Shown here: one piece after another, positions 27,976 through 40,175 of the stretch | Layout: each line of letters opens with the position of its first letter | Numbering within the stretch: the stretch's first letter is position 1 | DNA from: Octopus vulgaris | Taxonomy: Eukaryota | Assembly: GCA_951406725.2 (NCBI GenBank) | Contig: OX597818.1 | Coordinates: 24,180,001-24,244,000 of the forward strand | DNA length: 64,000 nucleotides | Reading direction: 5' to 3' | The notes under the pieces: generated by a model | Told to the model about the DNA's origin: nothing | The model's input: only the letters and a program-made list of their open reading frames with translations | Databases searched by the model: none | Program-made: the position numbers and the translations under genes

Positions 27976-28568
27976 TGTATACATTTATGCATTGTGTGCT
28001 GTGTGTGTATAAGGATACACAGATGCATGCATGCACATGCAAACATTTATATATACACACATGCTCATGTCTGTGTCTATATGTACATACATTGCTATGT
28101 ATGTTCTTATGCTTGCATATTTATGCATCACTGTGTACAGGTATCTGTATACATATGCACATACATCTGCTGATGCTTTCTTTGCTAACAATAAGTCTGT
28201 GAATATATATGCATACACTTGTATATGTGAACAGTTATCCAATTGTTACTTAATATTCCTTACAACAGGCAACTAATATTCTGATAGATACTGTAGGTGG
28301 TTTGTATTTTGATGTTTCTGCATTGACATTCATTTTTGTGCTTTAGTTTGGTTACTCTGGTGTTTAATTTCTGTTGGTATTTTTATGCTGTCACTGCTGT
28401 TGCGGTGTAATTGGATGTTTACATGTTGCAGTGAGACCATTCTCAAAAATGAACACATTCTGGTAGCTGAAATGTGATATCGCTTATTTCTTTAGTTTAG
28501 CAAGCACATTCATTGTATAAATATATTTTTCTGAATTGTACAAGGGGCACATACCAAAAACATATATA

Positions 28569-29191
28569 CTAGATGTACTTGCCATGACCCATTGGGTTAC
28601 AACTACTCCAAGTTAAAAATGTCGATGCACAACGGAAAAGGAAAAAATACTATTTCGAATATCATGTAATAAAATTCTTAAATAATACAGTTCTCCTGCC
28701 TTTGGTGTGACAAAGGTAGGAGAACTGTATCACTTTCTTCTTTGCCATTCTTTGTTACTACTGTTCCCTGTGAAATATATGGATACTTCAGCATAAAGTA
28801 ATGTTTTTTGCGAAGTCATCATTCTGTCAATGTTGTTCTCATATGTTGTTCATTGACAGCCTCATTATTTCTGAGCAATATTCTCTGTTCATCTGGTAGA
28901 TGAACTTGCAATCTAACTATTGCAGGTGCTCTTTCATGAATTGAAAATCCAAAAATGGATGCAACTGCTTCGGATGGTCCAGTGTACCTGCCCATTAGAT
29001 ATTGACTAATTTCGTTATCATTATTTATTTGAACAGCAGCTTGGTCATTTCCTTTCAGTGTGTACTTGAGGACGTACTTAACTGACCTCACTGAGGCAAT
29101 GATTTCAAGGTACAACCCATTTGTCGTTTGTTTTTCCATTCTTATGAGATTCAGTTCCCCCCATTGCAACTGATCTTCGTCTATAAAGAGA
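28569..29191 (-). mobile_element. Short Helitron derivative with Rep-helicase linker fragment
   Basis: VKYVLKYTLKGNDQA...EISQYLMGRYTGPSEA...VRLQVHLPDEQ. The 3' end has the hairpin ACCCA-A-TGGGT followed by CTAG|T at 28572-28569. A possible A|TC 5' end lies at 29191. Confidence 0.75.
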
Positions 29192-29200
29192 TAGTCTCTC

Positions 29201-29518
29201 TGTCTGTTTTTCTACCTTTTGTTTAAGATAAATAAAATTGTAATTTTCCCCTTTAAGAAAAAAAAAAAAAAATCAAGTACCTGTGATTCAAAAATATCTC
29301 ATAAAAATATAGGAAGAATTTCTATCTTTCAAGCCCACAGCACTCCAAAAGTTGTATAAGTGATTAAGGGGAGAAAAAAGAAAAGAGAAAGGGTGGACAG
29401 ATGATGACTTTTTGAAATGCTGGCATTTTCAACTTGATTTGTTTTTTCTTAAAGGGGGAAATAACTATTTTATTTGTAATCTTCATCATCTTAATCACAT
29501 GGTAGGAAAACAGACAAA
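29201..29518. repeat. Old MITE-like element with diverged inverted ends
   Basis: 29201-29280 (tgtctgtttttctacc...cccctttaagaaaa...atcaagt) mirrors 29432-29518. Confidence 0.55.
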
Positions 29519-29651
29519 CTTTGAGTTTTAGTATAATATAGATAAGAATACAAAAGCTGTGAAACGCAACTAGCAAGCACTGAACAATAACAAATTAAGG
29601 AACAGCTTCTGAAAAAACAATATAGTCAATGAACAAAATAAAACTTTGAAA

Positions 29652-29693
29652 AGAGAGAGAGAGAGAGCGGGGAGGAGGGGATGGATGGAGGGA

Positions 29694-29752
<59 letters not shown>
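29652..29752. repeat. (GA)n microsatellite
   Basis: Seen directly. Confidence 0.9.
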
Positions 29753-29755
<3 letters not shown>

Positions 29756-29889
29756 ACATCAGAAACATCATACTATATAGCAACTAACAAATCATAACTA
29801 AAACAAGAAACAACTTCAGAGAAATGATTTTAAGTAGCAAGAAAATAAGAGCATGCATGTATGTATGTTTGTGCATGTAAAAGGCAACA

Positions 29890-31960
29890 AAGACATACCT
29901 CTCTGAGAAATGCTTGGTAGCTTCAAAACCTGAAACTGACCATCACAACTTAAAGACCCAAGAAAAATTTGAAGCAGACCTTATAGACACAATAAAGAAA
30001 GTAAGAGTCAAAATCTAAAGTGATACATTTCAGAACCGACTACACTTAGAGATCAAATCAGTACAAAATCTGGAAAGACCTTCATATTCACAGACAATAC
30101 AAAATACCTGTATGATATAGGAAAAAAAAAACACTCACCCACAACAACTTATGGAACAGCATACCAAAAATGTATAAAATAAACTTCAACATCTACAACA
30201 CAATCAAGAGAGAAGCACAAAAGATAGTAATAACTGTACAAACAGAACAGAAATCCAAGCAAGATGTCAACCATACATTATAATGAAAAACCCAATGTCT
30301 GAGCAAACCCCAAATGCAACTAATTAATCCAGTAAAAGACAAATAAGGTGTAGTGAGCAAGGAAATCTTTGCAGTTATCAACACTAAACAGCACATTTGT
30401 CAACAACTGGCTCAACAACATGGAGATCAAAATGTTGTCTAACTTGACAGAAGTCAACATTGTATATTTCTATCCATTGTTGAAAAAACACTTCTAATAA
30501 AAGCATTGAACTTTATGATAAGGTTCACTATCATTCGTGACTACAAGGCAAGCAGTATAATGCAGTCAAGAAGGAAAAGAACCTGAACTTTTAACACGAG
30601 CATCAGATGTTATATAGAGTGGAAACATGCAAACACATGGAACTACCATATGTTAACATGTATAAGGAACCCTTTTTTTGTCAAAAATTAGGTTGAAAAA
30701 ATATGGGAGTTTCTTATACATGGGTAATATTATAATCCCTTACAAAACCTTTTTTCCAAATTTTAGGCCCCCAAAATTAGGAGGTTCCTTATACATGTTA
30801 AAATACAATACATTTGCAAGTAAATATAAGCAAAATAGCCAACCAATAAAAAAATGACTATGTAGTAGTCTCTCTAAACGTGGATGGACATTGATTAGAG
30901 AAATTTCGAAAAAACTCAATAAATGCCCCCAAAAACTTATATTTCAAAGTATTCTTCCAAACAAACCTACCCATAATATATTTCCTAGATAAAATATTAA
31001 ACTTAAGTAGGAATTCCTGCTTAGGTTTAGTGTTACAACTAAAAACAACAAAATTTAATGAATTGCTATATACAACCCCTCCTTCCCCAATCGCTGATCT
31101 ACTGACAATCATTAAGTATCTAGTCAGAAACACAAGCTGGTGAACTTATACAATATCATCAGATAAACTAATATTTGACAAAGCAGTTCCATTCTACAAC
31201 AAACCCCTAAAAGTGAACAGGTTCACATACCACACACACACACAAAATTTTAAAAAAATATATATACCGAGAATTGTTCAACGATAAATCAAAAATCAGA
31301 AAAAGAAACATCAGCTGGTTCAACCCACTCTTCAACCTCAATGTTGTGGCAAACATGGCAAAATAACTTCCTAACACCAATCTCCAGATATTTTGTAGTC
31401 AACCATAGATACCACGAGCTAATCAATAGGAATCAGGAACTATATGAAAGTTAATTACTGCTGTACAAAAACTATACAACATGCAACTCAAGTCATAAAC
31501 AACCTTACACCTAGAAATACACAGCCAATAGCCAAAAACAAATGCAACTGTTGCAGACCAAGGTCATGCCATTAAGTGGAAAACTGTTTTAAAAAGTAGT
31601 GATTTACAAGGCAACAGCACTGGATAAAGGAAAACCAAGACTAACTGCATCAGAACAGAAAGTAGAATGTTCAAAGCAATAAGCTCAAATCATATTCACT
31701 CTGCAACACTGACAGAACTGCAATGTCCCTATCAAAGTATATTGGTGACCTGAAGGAGAACAATATAAGACATAGACTGGTAAATAATAGTTGGCACAAC
31801 CCCTTACATAAATAGTTCTGGGATTTGCCTTTTATACACTACAGACAACTATAACATTATTGCATAACAAATATGCTTGTTAAACAAATGAAATGAGATG
31901 TCTTATAGATACTACAATAAACTCATTTTGAAAAAATGAGTCCTAACTTAACTGCAGACA
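29890..31960 (+). mobile_element. Second, heavily decayed Penelope-like element of a different family
   Basis: QLINPVKDK*GVVSKEIL, NIVYFYP, RKRNISWFNPLFNLNV, MKVNYCC, KCNC, VIYKATA (GIY-YIG-like). It is interrupted by a small TA-type MITE at about 30644-30810. Confidence 0.65.
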
Positions 31961-32136
31961 AGGTTCACACCTATTAATACCTTAACTGCAAACAAGGTTG
32001 ACACCTATTGATAAGCGTTGGGGCGTAACAATGTCAACACCGACAGAAGCATAAACTAACCAACCAACTCATGAAAATGAATGAAAGTCCAGAGATAACC
32101 AAATGGATACCACTTAGAGTACATATCAAAGTACTA

Positions 32137-32761
32137 CCATAAAAATCCATGTAATTTGCGCACCTGTGTAATTTATGCAGGTGTTCTACTCATGTAAAAT
32201 TTGCAGTTTTCAGAACTGCTATGGCCAGGGGAAAAAGGTTTTCAATTTAATTGTATTTAGCATAATCTAACTTAGGTCTTATTAAATTTTCATTAAATAA
32301 AAATAACTTCTGTTTAACAGGTATCACATTAAAGCTATTAAATTAAAAGTGTTTGTGTTGTTTATCATAAACTTTATTTTACAGTTCTTGCCCACAAGAG
32401 TTTATGTCTGATCTTTAGCATACTGCTGTATGTCTTCTGAAATCACAATCACAGGAAAAATTGTTGATAAGAATTATTAACAAAAACAAAGCTGATAAAT
32501 ACACATAGGTGTTGCAAATTAAGTTTAATTACCAATAAACATAAATGGTTTTAGTAAATTTATACAGAAAAATTAAGCATTATACTGTCCATCAAAAATA
32601 AAAGTCAACTTCACTATATTTAAGCCCTTATTTTTTCTGTAAAAACCTATTCTGACATTTCTAAAAAATTATGAAAACAATCTACTCATGTAATTTACAC
32701 ACCCCTAAAGTTTATTTTTATTTTTGTAAAAAAAAAGTGTAAATTACATGGGCTTTTATGG
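32137..32761. mobile_element. pogo/Tigger-like MITE with TA TSD
   Basis: TA|CCATAAAAATCCATGTAATTTGCGCAC ... GTGTAAATTACATGGGCTTTTATGG|TA. Confidence 0.75.
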
Positions 32762-33731
32762 TAATTACCACTCTCAACAAACATTAATTACTAAGTATTA
32801 ATTGTAAAAATCATTCACAAATACAACTGTATACATGCATATTCACAAACCGATTGTTAAGGAAGAAAATATCCATTTTCACATATACATATATGCATAA
32901 ACAGATACATGTACACACTTATGCTTAATTATACATACTTATGAACACGTGTATGCATATATATATATATCGACACACACAAAAAATGATGTGTGTGCAT
33001 GTGTTTGTGTATGTATATATACAAATACAAATGCATAAAGTGTTCTGAAGCTTGACAGCTAATTCAAACTGTTTTGAATCAGTAATCCAAATGGTTGTTC
33101 AATGAATTGGATTATGAAGAAGTAGAGTTATTCTTTTGGATATAAAAACTACTACTTGTCACTTTGTATACATCTATTAGCATTTAATATTAGTGTAACC
33201 ACTGTTCAGTTGCAAATAATGAATCAATATACCATTCAGTTTAATAATAAAATTGTTTATTCAACACTTTTGCTGCAAAAAAAGCCAAACCTGTACAATT
33301 ACTGCTTAGTTCAATGCCAGAATTTGAAATTTCATTTTCTCATCAGTTTGTTATCTGTTAATGATATTATATATGGAATTGGTGTAGGTTTAGTCTTAAC
33401 TAGACTGGGTCTCCATGTTTGAGCTCCAAGAAGCTTTACAGATTTATCATGTTTCTGAAGTCCCACAAAAATGAAACACTAAAATTACATCTCCTAATGT
33501 ACATGACATATTTAGGTTCTCTTTTGTGAAACTTCCTTTTTTTTTTCACAATATATTTCACTTTTGAAAACAGGAAAATTATAAAATTCCAGAGTCAGCA
33601 AGTTACACAATAAATTGAATGGACAAAGTTGGCAAGATACTTTATTAGAATCTTTTCTCAAAATGATCAGAATTCAATTTTAAAGTTGAATTCTAAAAAT
33701 GTATTTGAGGCAGAGGAAATCTAATGGTAAA

Positions 33732-33737
33732 TTTATT
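33732..33737 (-). terminator. Candidate polyadenylation signal AATAAA of the selenoprotein gene (second candidate at 33641-33646)
   Basis: tttatt on the plus strand, about 125 nt downstream of the SECIS core on the minus strand. Confidence 0.45.
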
Positions 33738-33841
33738 GTAGTTAAATACCAGTGAAAAATATATTGATATGCATCAAAATATATTTTTGAAATAGTTATA
33801 ATTAATATAATAAAAATAAATTCAAATGAATAGGGAAATCT

Positions 33842-33924
33842 GATGCACCAACAAAACAAAAATCAGGCGATCTAATCAGTGATTATTCTGTTTTTTAGAT
33901 TGCCATCATAAGTCTATATCCATC
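33842..33924 (-). promoter_or_regulatory. Type II eukaryotic SECIS element
   Basis: The minus strand reads ATGA-T-GGCAATCTAA-AAAA-CAG-AATAATCA-CTG-A-TTAGATCGCC-TGAT. This gives the AUGA/UGA quartet (33909-33906; 33865-33862), a 10-position helix II with 9 Watson-Crick pairs, unpaired apical As and a CAG/CTG mini-stem. Helix I is weak. Confidence 0.9.
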
Positions 33925-34853
33925 TATTTATTTGATTGAAAGTACAGATCATGAAATTAAGATAGAGGTAATTATAAATATAATATAAGTAAGAATCTAA
34001 ATTTACAATATCTTAAAACATTCTAGAAATTTGTTTTTCATTAATTTAAATCTAAGCAATATCAGTATATAGAAAAATATCTCTAAGATGGAGATAAAAT
34101 TTTAATATTTCTGACAATGATTCAATATAAACCACCACAGTATCTGTACACAAATAGACTAAACAACAAATTATATTAAGATATTCTATTGGTTCTATCA
34201 TAGTTCAATAGGTGTTACAGAGGAGGTAAACTTTTATAATATCAAACTATATGAAATTATTGTAAATATTTGTAGAGAGCTAACAATAAGAATAGTAACA
34301 TAGAAGAAGAAGAAGAAACAGAGCCTAGATACAAGATCAGTATTCAATTAATCATAGAAATAGATGGCTAGAAGGCTGTTTGTTGGTTTAGATCAGTTAT
34401 TTGATTTCTGTAGGAATACAACTCAGATACAGAAGCAGCAAATTATTATTTTCCATTTAACATCCTTTGGAGCTTGTCACGCTATATGTAGACAAGGTTT
34501 CATTTAACTTATTGGAATGGTTAGGATTATAAGATAATATCAAGTGTGGGTAAGGAAATGTCCTAGAGATTCCGATGTTCCAAATTAGGAGAGAAAAAAT
34601 AATAATAGTAACTTAACAGTAATTACAAGTCAAAGGATTTTTAGCATAATCCAAATATATCCAAGACTTTCACAAATGCACTTATATATGTGCACACATT
34701 TATTTATATATCTGCTAGTACTTATAAGTAAATATATACAAACAAAAATTAGTAAACTACGCAAGGAAACTTTTGATCCGTTGTAAAAATAGGACTGATA
34801 AATGGAATACATTTAAACTGAACTGCTCTGAACTGCATAATCCCACAGAAAAT

Positions 34854-34936
34854 TTAACCTCATCCTCCTCTGGTATTGGATCGTCTAGGAGGGCGATAAG
34901 TTGATCCACCACCGTGACCCATCAATGGACGGTGAC
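34854..34936 (-). CDS. SELENOS: Selenoprotein S-like, last coding exon with Sec TGA at 34862-34860
   Basis: Acceptor tttgcag| then (G)GT CAC CGT CCA TTG ATG GGT ... AGA GGA GGA TGA GGT TAA = GHRPLMGHGGGSTYRPPRRSNTRGG-U-G-stop. This matches the SelS C-terminus (human [27 protein letters not shown]), and a SECIS lies downstream. Confidence 0.9.
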
Positions 34937-35039
34937 CTGCAAATGTATAAGAATAAAATTCATTTAAAGTAAACTGAAACCACGCAGAGAGCAGATATAT
35001 TTTATTTTTCAAATTTTTCAGCACAACAAAATGAATGCA

Positions 35040-35170
35040 CATCAGGACGATGATTGGGATCATGTGGATGAGAAAGGCGCGATCCAGAGAGGAGTGGACA
35101 GCGTGTTGTGACCAGCGGTGTCAAATGGACACCTGATGGACTGGTCGGTCAAGGTGATCAAGGTGATGAC
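35040..35170 (+). mobile_element. Short LINE 3'-end fragment (RTE-like) in the last intron
   Basis: GC-rich island reading GIMWMRKARSREEWTACCDQR, with a short repeated tail caaggtgat x2. Confidence 0.45.
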
Positions 35171-35344
35171 ACTATTTATTCTAACTATTTGTGAAACACA
35201 TTGTCATGAGAATAAATTGCTGGACTAGCCATAGTGTCATGAGCTTATAATTTACTAGACAAGGAATATACACCAACTATGAAAATAGTTGCTTGAACCA
35301 TTATTAATAATAATATATATATATATTAATATAAAAAGGAAAAA

Positions 35345-36200
35345 AGAAAAGTTAGTCAAAAAGGAATAGTAGTGTGCATTGCTTTTAAGTTAATCAGCAT
35401 ATTGGTGAAATAAATGTGGGTGGGAAGGGAATTATAGAGGATTACACTTCTGGGAAAAAAAGGGAGGTGATGGATATATTAGTTGGAGTGGGTATGCAAC
35501 TAGCTAATTCAGAGAAATGTAACATGTTGGTGAGTGAATCTTTGTATTCTTTTGGATGTGGTCTAGAATGTGGTCAAAATGTCAGTTGTAGGCAGGCAGG
35601 CTTTGAGGCCAATGGATGTCTGTATCAGTTCTGTAGGGAGTCATAAGGGTAGCTGATTTCAAATGAGCTATGGATGGGTAGCTGCCTTCAAACGAGCTAT
35701 GAAAGATGGAAAGTTGCACAGTGTCTTCCCATATCTTTACAATATTACTATTGCTGGACATACAAGGGAGGGACAAAATCCAAATGTAAAGGAATTTCTG
35801 AAAGTCATTAACTAAAAGAACCATGACTTTTGAGGATTCAATTAATGTCCTTGGATACTGTGAGGGAATGGCATCATTAAGTCACATCCTGAGAGGTTTC
35901 TGCCACTACAAGGAATTCCACCTTCAGAAGATATGTGATCTGTAAGATAGACACCTAGGATGTTGGCATATTATGCCAAGTGAACCTATGAGTTCTCTGA
36001 TGAAATTCAAATGTTGATAAACACAAAGATGTTTCCATTTTAAAAGAAGGCTCTGAGCACCTTTAATTTGCTGAAGAGGGAATAGGAAGAAGCCACCTTG
36101 CATTTAGTGCATGAAAAACTTACTCTTTGAGCCATGTATCAAAACCCCCTAGCCAATTTGGGTGGGGGTAATCTCTTAAAATTGTTTGATACTGGTAAAT
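35345..36200 (-). mobile_element. Very old LINE-like remnant (CR1/Jockey-type 3' region)
   Basis: Elevated GC and weak fragments (DSLTNML, FSELASCIP, HYSFLTNF) on the minus strand. Confidence 0.3.
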
Positions 36201-36414
36201 TTCCTCTTTACTTGGAGGGAATGTTCTGTATACATGCATGTGTATTTTCATATTTATAACTGGAAATAGACTGGGGCATGATATAAATAACACATACAAT
36301 GATATGATATTCTGGACTATAACTAAACAATGGAGTTAAATAAAGCTTGAGAAACAGCCTCCAATACTGTAAGATTAATCAGAAGTCTTTCTAGACAAAT
36401 ATAAAATTACTTAC

Positions 36415-36472
36415 CATCCGAAACGTTCTTGTTTTTTGGCTTAGGTTTTTCAGGGGATTTCTCTTGGGAATT
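36415..36472 (-). CDS. SELENOS: Selenoprotein S-like, penultimate coding exon (58 nt)
   Basis: ttttattttttcaatag|AAT TCC CAA GAG ... TCG GAT G|gtaagt = NSQEKSPEKPKPKNKNVSD+G. The donor is a perfect consensus, and the phase-1 end joins in frame to the last exon. Confidence 0.82.
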
Positions 36473-36634
36473 CTATTGAAAAAATAAAAGTAACATTATG
36501 AATGCAAAATTACTTTATATAATGTTTAGCAGCAAATAAGAACTGAAATTCAATTTATATACTGATAATAAATAAATTTTAAAAACTATCTGTACGTAAT
36601 TCTAAATATTTCCACTGTTAGAAATCTCAAGCAT

Positions 36635-38170
36635 GCACTGACACACCACATCATCTACAGTATATGTTATCAGTCATTCAATGATATCAACATTACATGT
36701 CATCTATACCACACACTGACTTACAAAACTGCATTTACAGTACTGTGAACAACAGTACACTACTCATAATCTATAATAATATCAACAACTACACAACAAT
36801 AAGTTACATACTGTTTACAGTTTTAGGGAGTCGGTGTGTAATTGGTAACAAAACATCACCTACAATGTCAGCAACTATACATTGACATACCCCATATCAT
36901 TTGTAAATTTTGCCATAACTGCAAAATGACTCACTGTACATCATCTACAATATTGTCAATAACCATAAAATGAGATGTTACATATTTTCTACACATATGT
37001 CAATATCCACACACCGATACACTGCATGTCATTTACAGGATTGTCAACAAGCAATGCTGACTCAGGGTACATTATCTACTGTAATGCTAACAGACACAGA
37101 ATGACATCCTCTCTATACTGATATCAACAAATTCACACTACTCAGCATCTGTAGTAAAGCCAACAGTTACATACTGTAAATGATCTAAACATATTGTCGA
37201 CAACCACACAGTGACTCACAACATACCATTTACAGCACTGTGAACAGCACATTATCCATCATTTACAATAATGTTAATAACTGCACAACATTATGTTAAA
37301 CATTGTTTACAGTATTGTTAATCACTACAGAACAGCACCCAATACATTATCTGCAAGTATGTCAACAACTACATCTTAACACACCACACGTCATCTACTG
37401 TAATATCAAGAGTTAGTACACTGACAGTAATGTGGAAAATATAACACTGATATACTACATATGATGTACAATAATGTCAATAACTACACAATGATATATT
37501 ACTTTATTTATAACATCATACTGATATACTACATTATCTATAATAATGATTTACACATCACCTACAGTATTGTCACCGATTACACACCGACTCTCTAAAC
37601 ATCAACTGCAGTATTGTCAAAATCACACAAACATACTACATGTCTCTTACAGTAATATCAAAAACCATACACCGACACACTACATACCCTCTGCAGTGAT
37701 ACCAACAGCCAAAAATAACAGACTCATGATACACTGTGCATCATATATGGTATTGTCAACAACCACAAAACAACACAACACTAATGTTAACAATCACACT
37801 GTGCATATCTTCTACAGCAATAACAGCAACCTCTGTAATGGACTGTATATTATCAACTCTATTGCCAGGAAGTGCAAATCAACATAAGAAAACTGTGTCA
37901 TTAACCTTCAGATGATAGGTTATCTGCTGATCATTAAATGTAAAAGAAACTATGCCATTAAGGCACTGTCAACAAACCATCATTGACATATTGCAGTTAA
38001 TGTACACATTAATTATAATACACTTAGCAACAACTACCCATATATTTATAGCCTGTGTAGCAACATTATCAGTAATCCATACATTTACAGCCTACACTAT
38101 TTTACAATATGCTCAAAATAACATTGTCTGACAAATTGCTTATAAGTAAAGTTGTCTACAACACACTACA
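36635..38170. repeat. Degenerate minisatellite, unit roughly 40 bp (…cacactgac…tacatcatctacagtattgtcaacaac…)
   Basis: Recurrent catc/atttacag...tgtcaacaa...cacac motifs over about 1.5 kb. Confidence 0.7.
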
Positions 38171-39756
38171 AACCTTCCCATTGGACTATCCAAATATTAT
38201 TAATTATTACTCATTAGAGTTGGCCTGGGTTAGAAGAGATATATTTAATCCCATTTCTTGATACGTACATCCGGTCCCCTCACAAAACTAACGTTGGTTG
38301 ATATAAGTCATCAATAACATAAAAATGCTCATTAACAGTAATTCTAGTCACTGATATGAGTTTTGGTCAGAAATCTAGTCCGGAATAATTAGAAAGGGCC
38401 ATATTCAATTTTTCTTCAATGACTTGCAAGGAGCCATTAATTTCCAATAAAGCACAAAGAAAAGCAGTGAGTATGGAATTACCTCTCTATATGACCAAGG
38501 ATCCAGTTTCTATGATAAAAAAACAGTAAAACAAGAAAAATAAATTATTTCAGTGGTATTCAATTATACTTCATTGGAAGAGGCCAGTATATTGTAACTG
38601 GAGACATTGTCTGCTGTAATATCTTGTGACTGAATACAGCCTGATGCTGTGATGTATACATATTGTCACGGAAGTAGCATGTCAAGCTTTCCAGGGAAGA
38701 GGAAAAGAAGTCATTGCTGAGAAACTGTAATCCAATACTGAGAGTCACTACCTAGAATAATACACAAAGATCTACTGCAGAAAAGAAATTGATGTCATCT
38801 TTTTTTCCCCGCTCACTTGATGGACTAGTTTATAACACTTGGCAAACGATAACTAAAAACACAAATTTCATGTCAGTTTAGCAGCTGCAAGAAAATAAGG
38901 AGGGAGAAAAACATTGTAATTTATCTTATAAATATGAATAAAAAGTAAATTACTGGTTCAGGAACAAAGTGGGGATTTTCTATATATTGTTTTCTTGGAT
39001 ATCATAAATGCCATTTGCAAGAAAATAGAGGTTGAGGAATGAATGGCATCTACCCAAAGAAAAATGCTTTTGCTTTTCATATGAACCAACCTATTTCTTC
39101 CAACAATTACAGTGACTAATTCGGAGCGTGTTTTAAATTAAGGATTTCTCAAGTATACTCACAGTTTCAAATTAGAAAGATATGCACACATTAATCTCTC
39201 AAAAAAAAAAAATATACCATTAGACATGATATGAAACAAAGACTACAGCCTCAAATGGTCTGGAAACTGTTGGGTCATATAAGAACCATTCAAAGACATT
39301 ATTTCCATGCTGTTAAATCTAGAGGGCAAAGCAGAATACCAAACTCCAGCCCTCTTTCAGGTTTACTGGGGGGGGGGGGGGAATTCAGACTCAGTTTCAC
39401 AAGCATTTGTCAATTATCCATTCTTTCTGTTGCTCTGATTGGTCTAACCTAGTGAAAGTTATGTGTCTTGGCAACAGATTTCGTAAAGCAATGACAACAG
39501 GATAAAATATAAATAGTAAAACTTAGACAACCTTTAGAAATAATAGGCTAATATTCTATTGACTCAACTACACATTAATATATCATTTGAAATAATGTTT
39601 GAACTCTAAGCTAGCAGTTATTCATGATGGCAAGATGAAATGTAGCTTCATGAGATTACCCTTTCAGTGAAAGTTGCTTCAGACACATGTTGCATGATTT
39701 TGAGACCCCTGACTTGATTCTTCCTTGATCATTCATCACTTGTTCATCTGCCATTT

Positions 39757-39788
39757 ACACACACACACACATACGCATGCATGCACAA

Positions 39789-39851
<63 letters not shown>

Positions 39852-40036
39852 ATCAACAGGAGTGAAGACAGGAGCCACCATATTGTCTTCCTTTGAAATT
39901 CACATTGCTATCCACCTACAGCCTCCTTTGAATCTTGAAAGTGTGTATGTGTACGTGTACAGACATACATATATACTTACACACACACACCACAACAACA
40001 CACATATGAACACACACACACACATGTACACAAATG

Positions 40037-40105
<69 letters not shown>

Positions 40106-40175
40106 ATATATATAGATGTGTGTGTGTGTGTGTGCATGTGCGTGTGTGTAATGTGTATAATATGTATGTGTGTGT
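39757..40175. repeat. (CA)n/(TA)n/(TG)n microsatellite cluster
   Basis: Seen directly. Confidence 0.9.

Noticed and set aside
33400-33450. Alternative ATGA..AA..GA SECIS pattern on the minus strand
   Set aside because: No helix II pairing.
33905-33952. ATGA-TCTGTACTTTC-AA candidate SECIS overlapping the real one
   Set aside because: The 3' GA is not in register with the helix. The 33909-33862 fold is far better.
34860-35063. 67-aa ORF called by the track
   Set aside because: Its N-terminal part is intron and its 'stop' is the probable Sec codon. Only 34936-34854 is coding.
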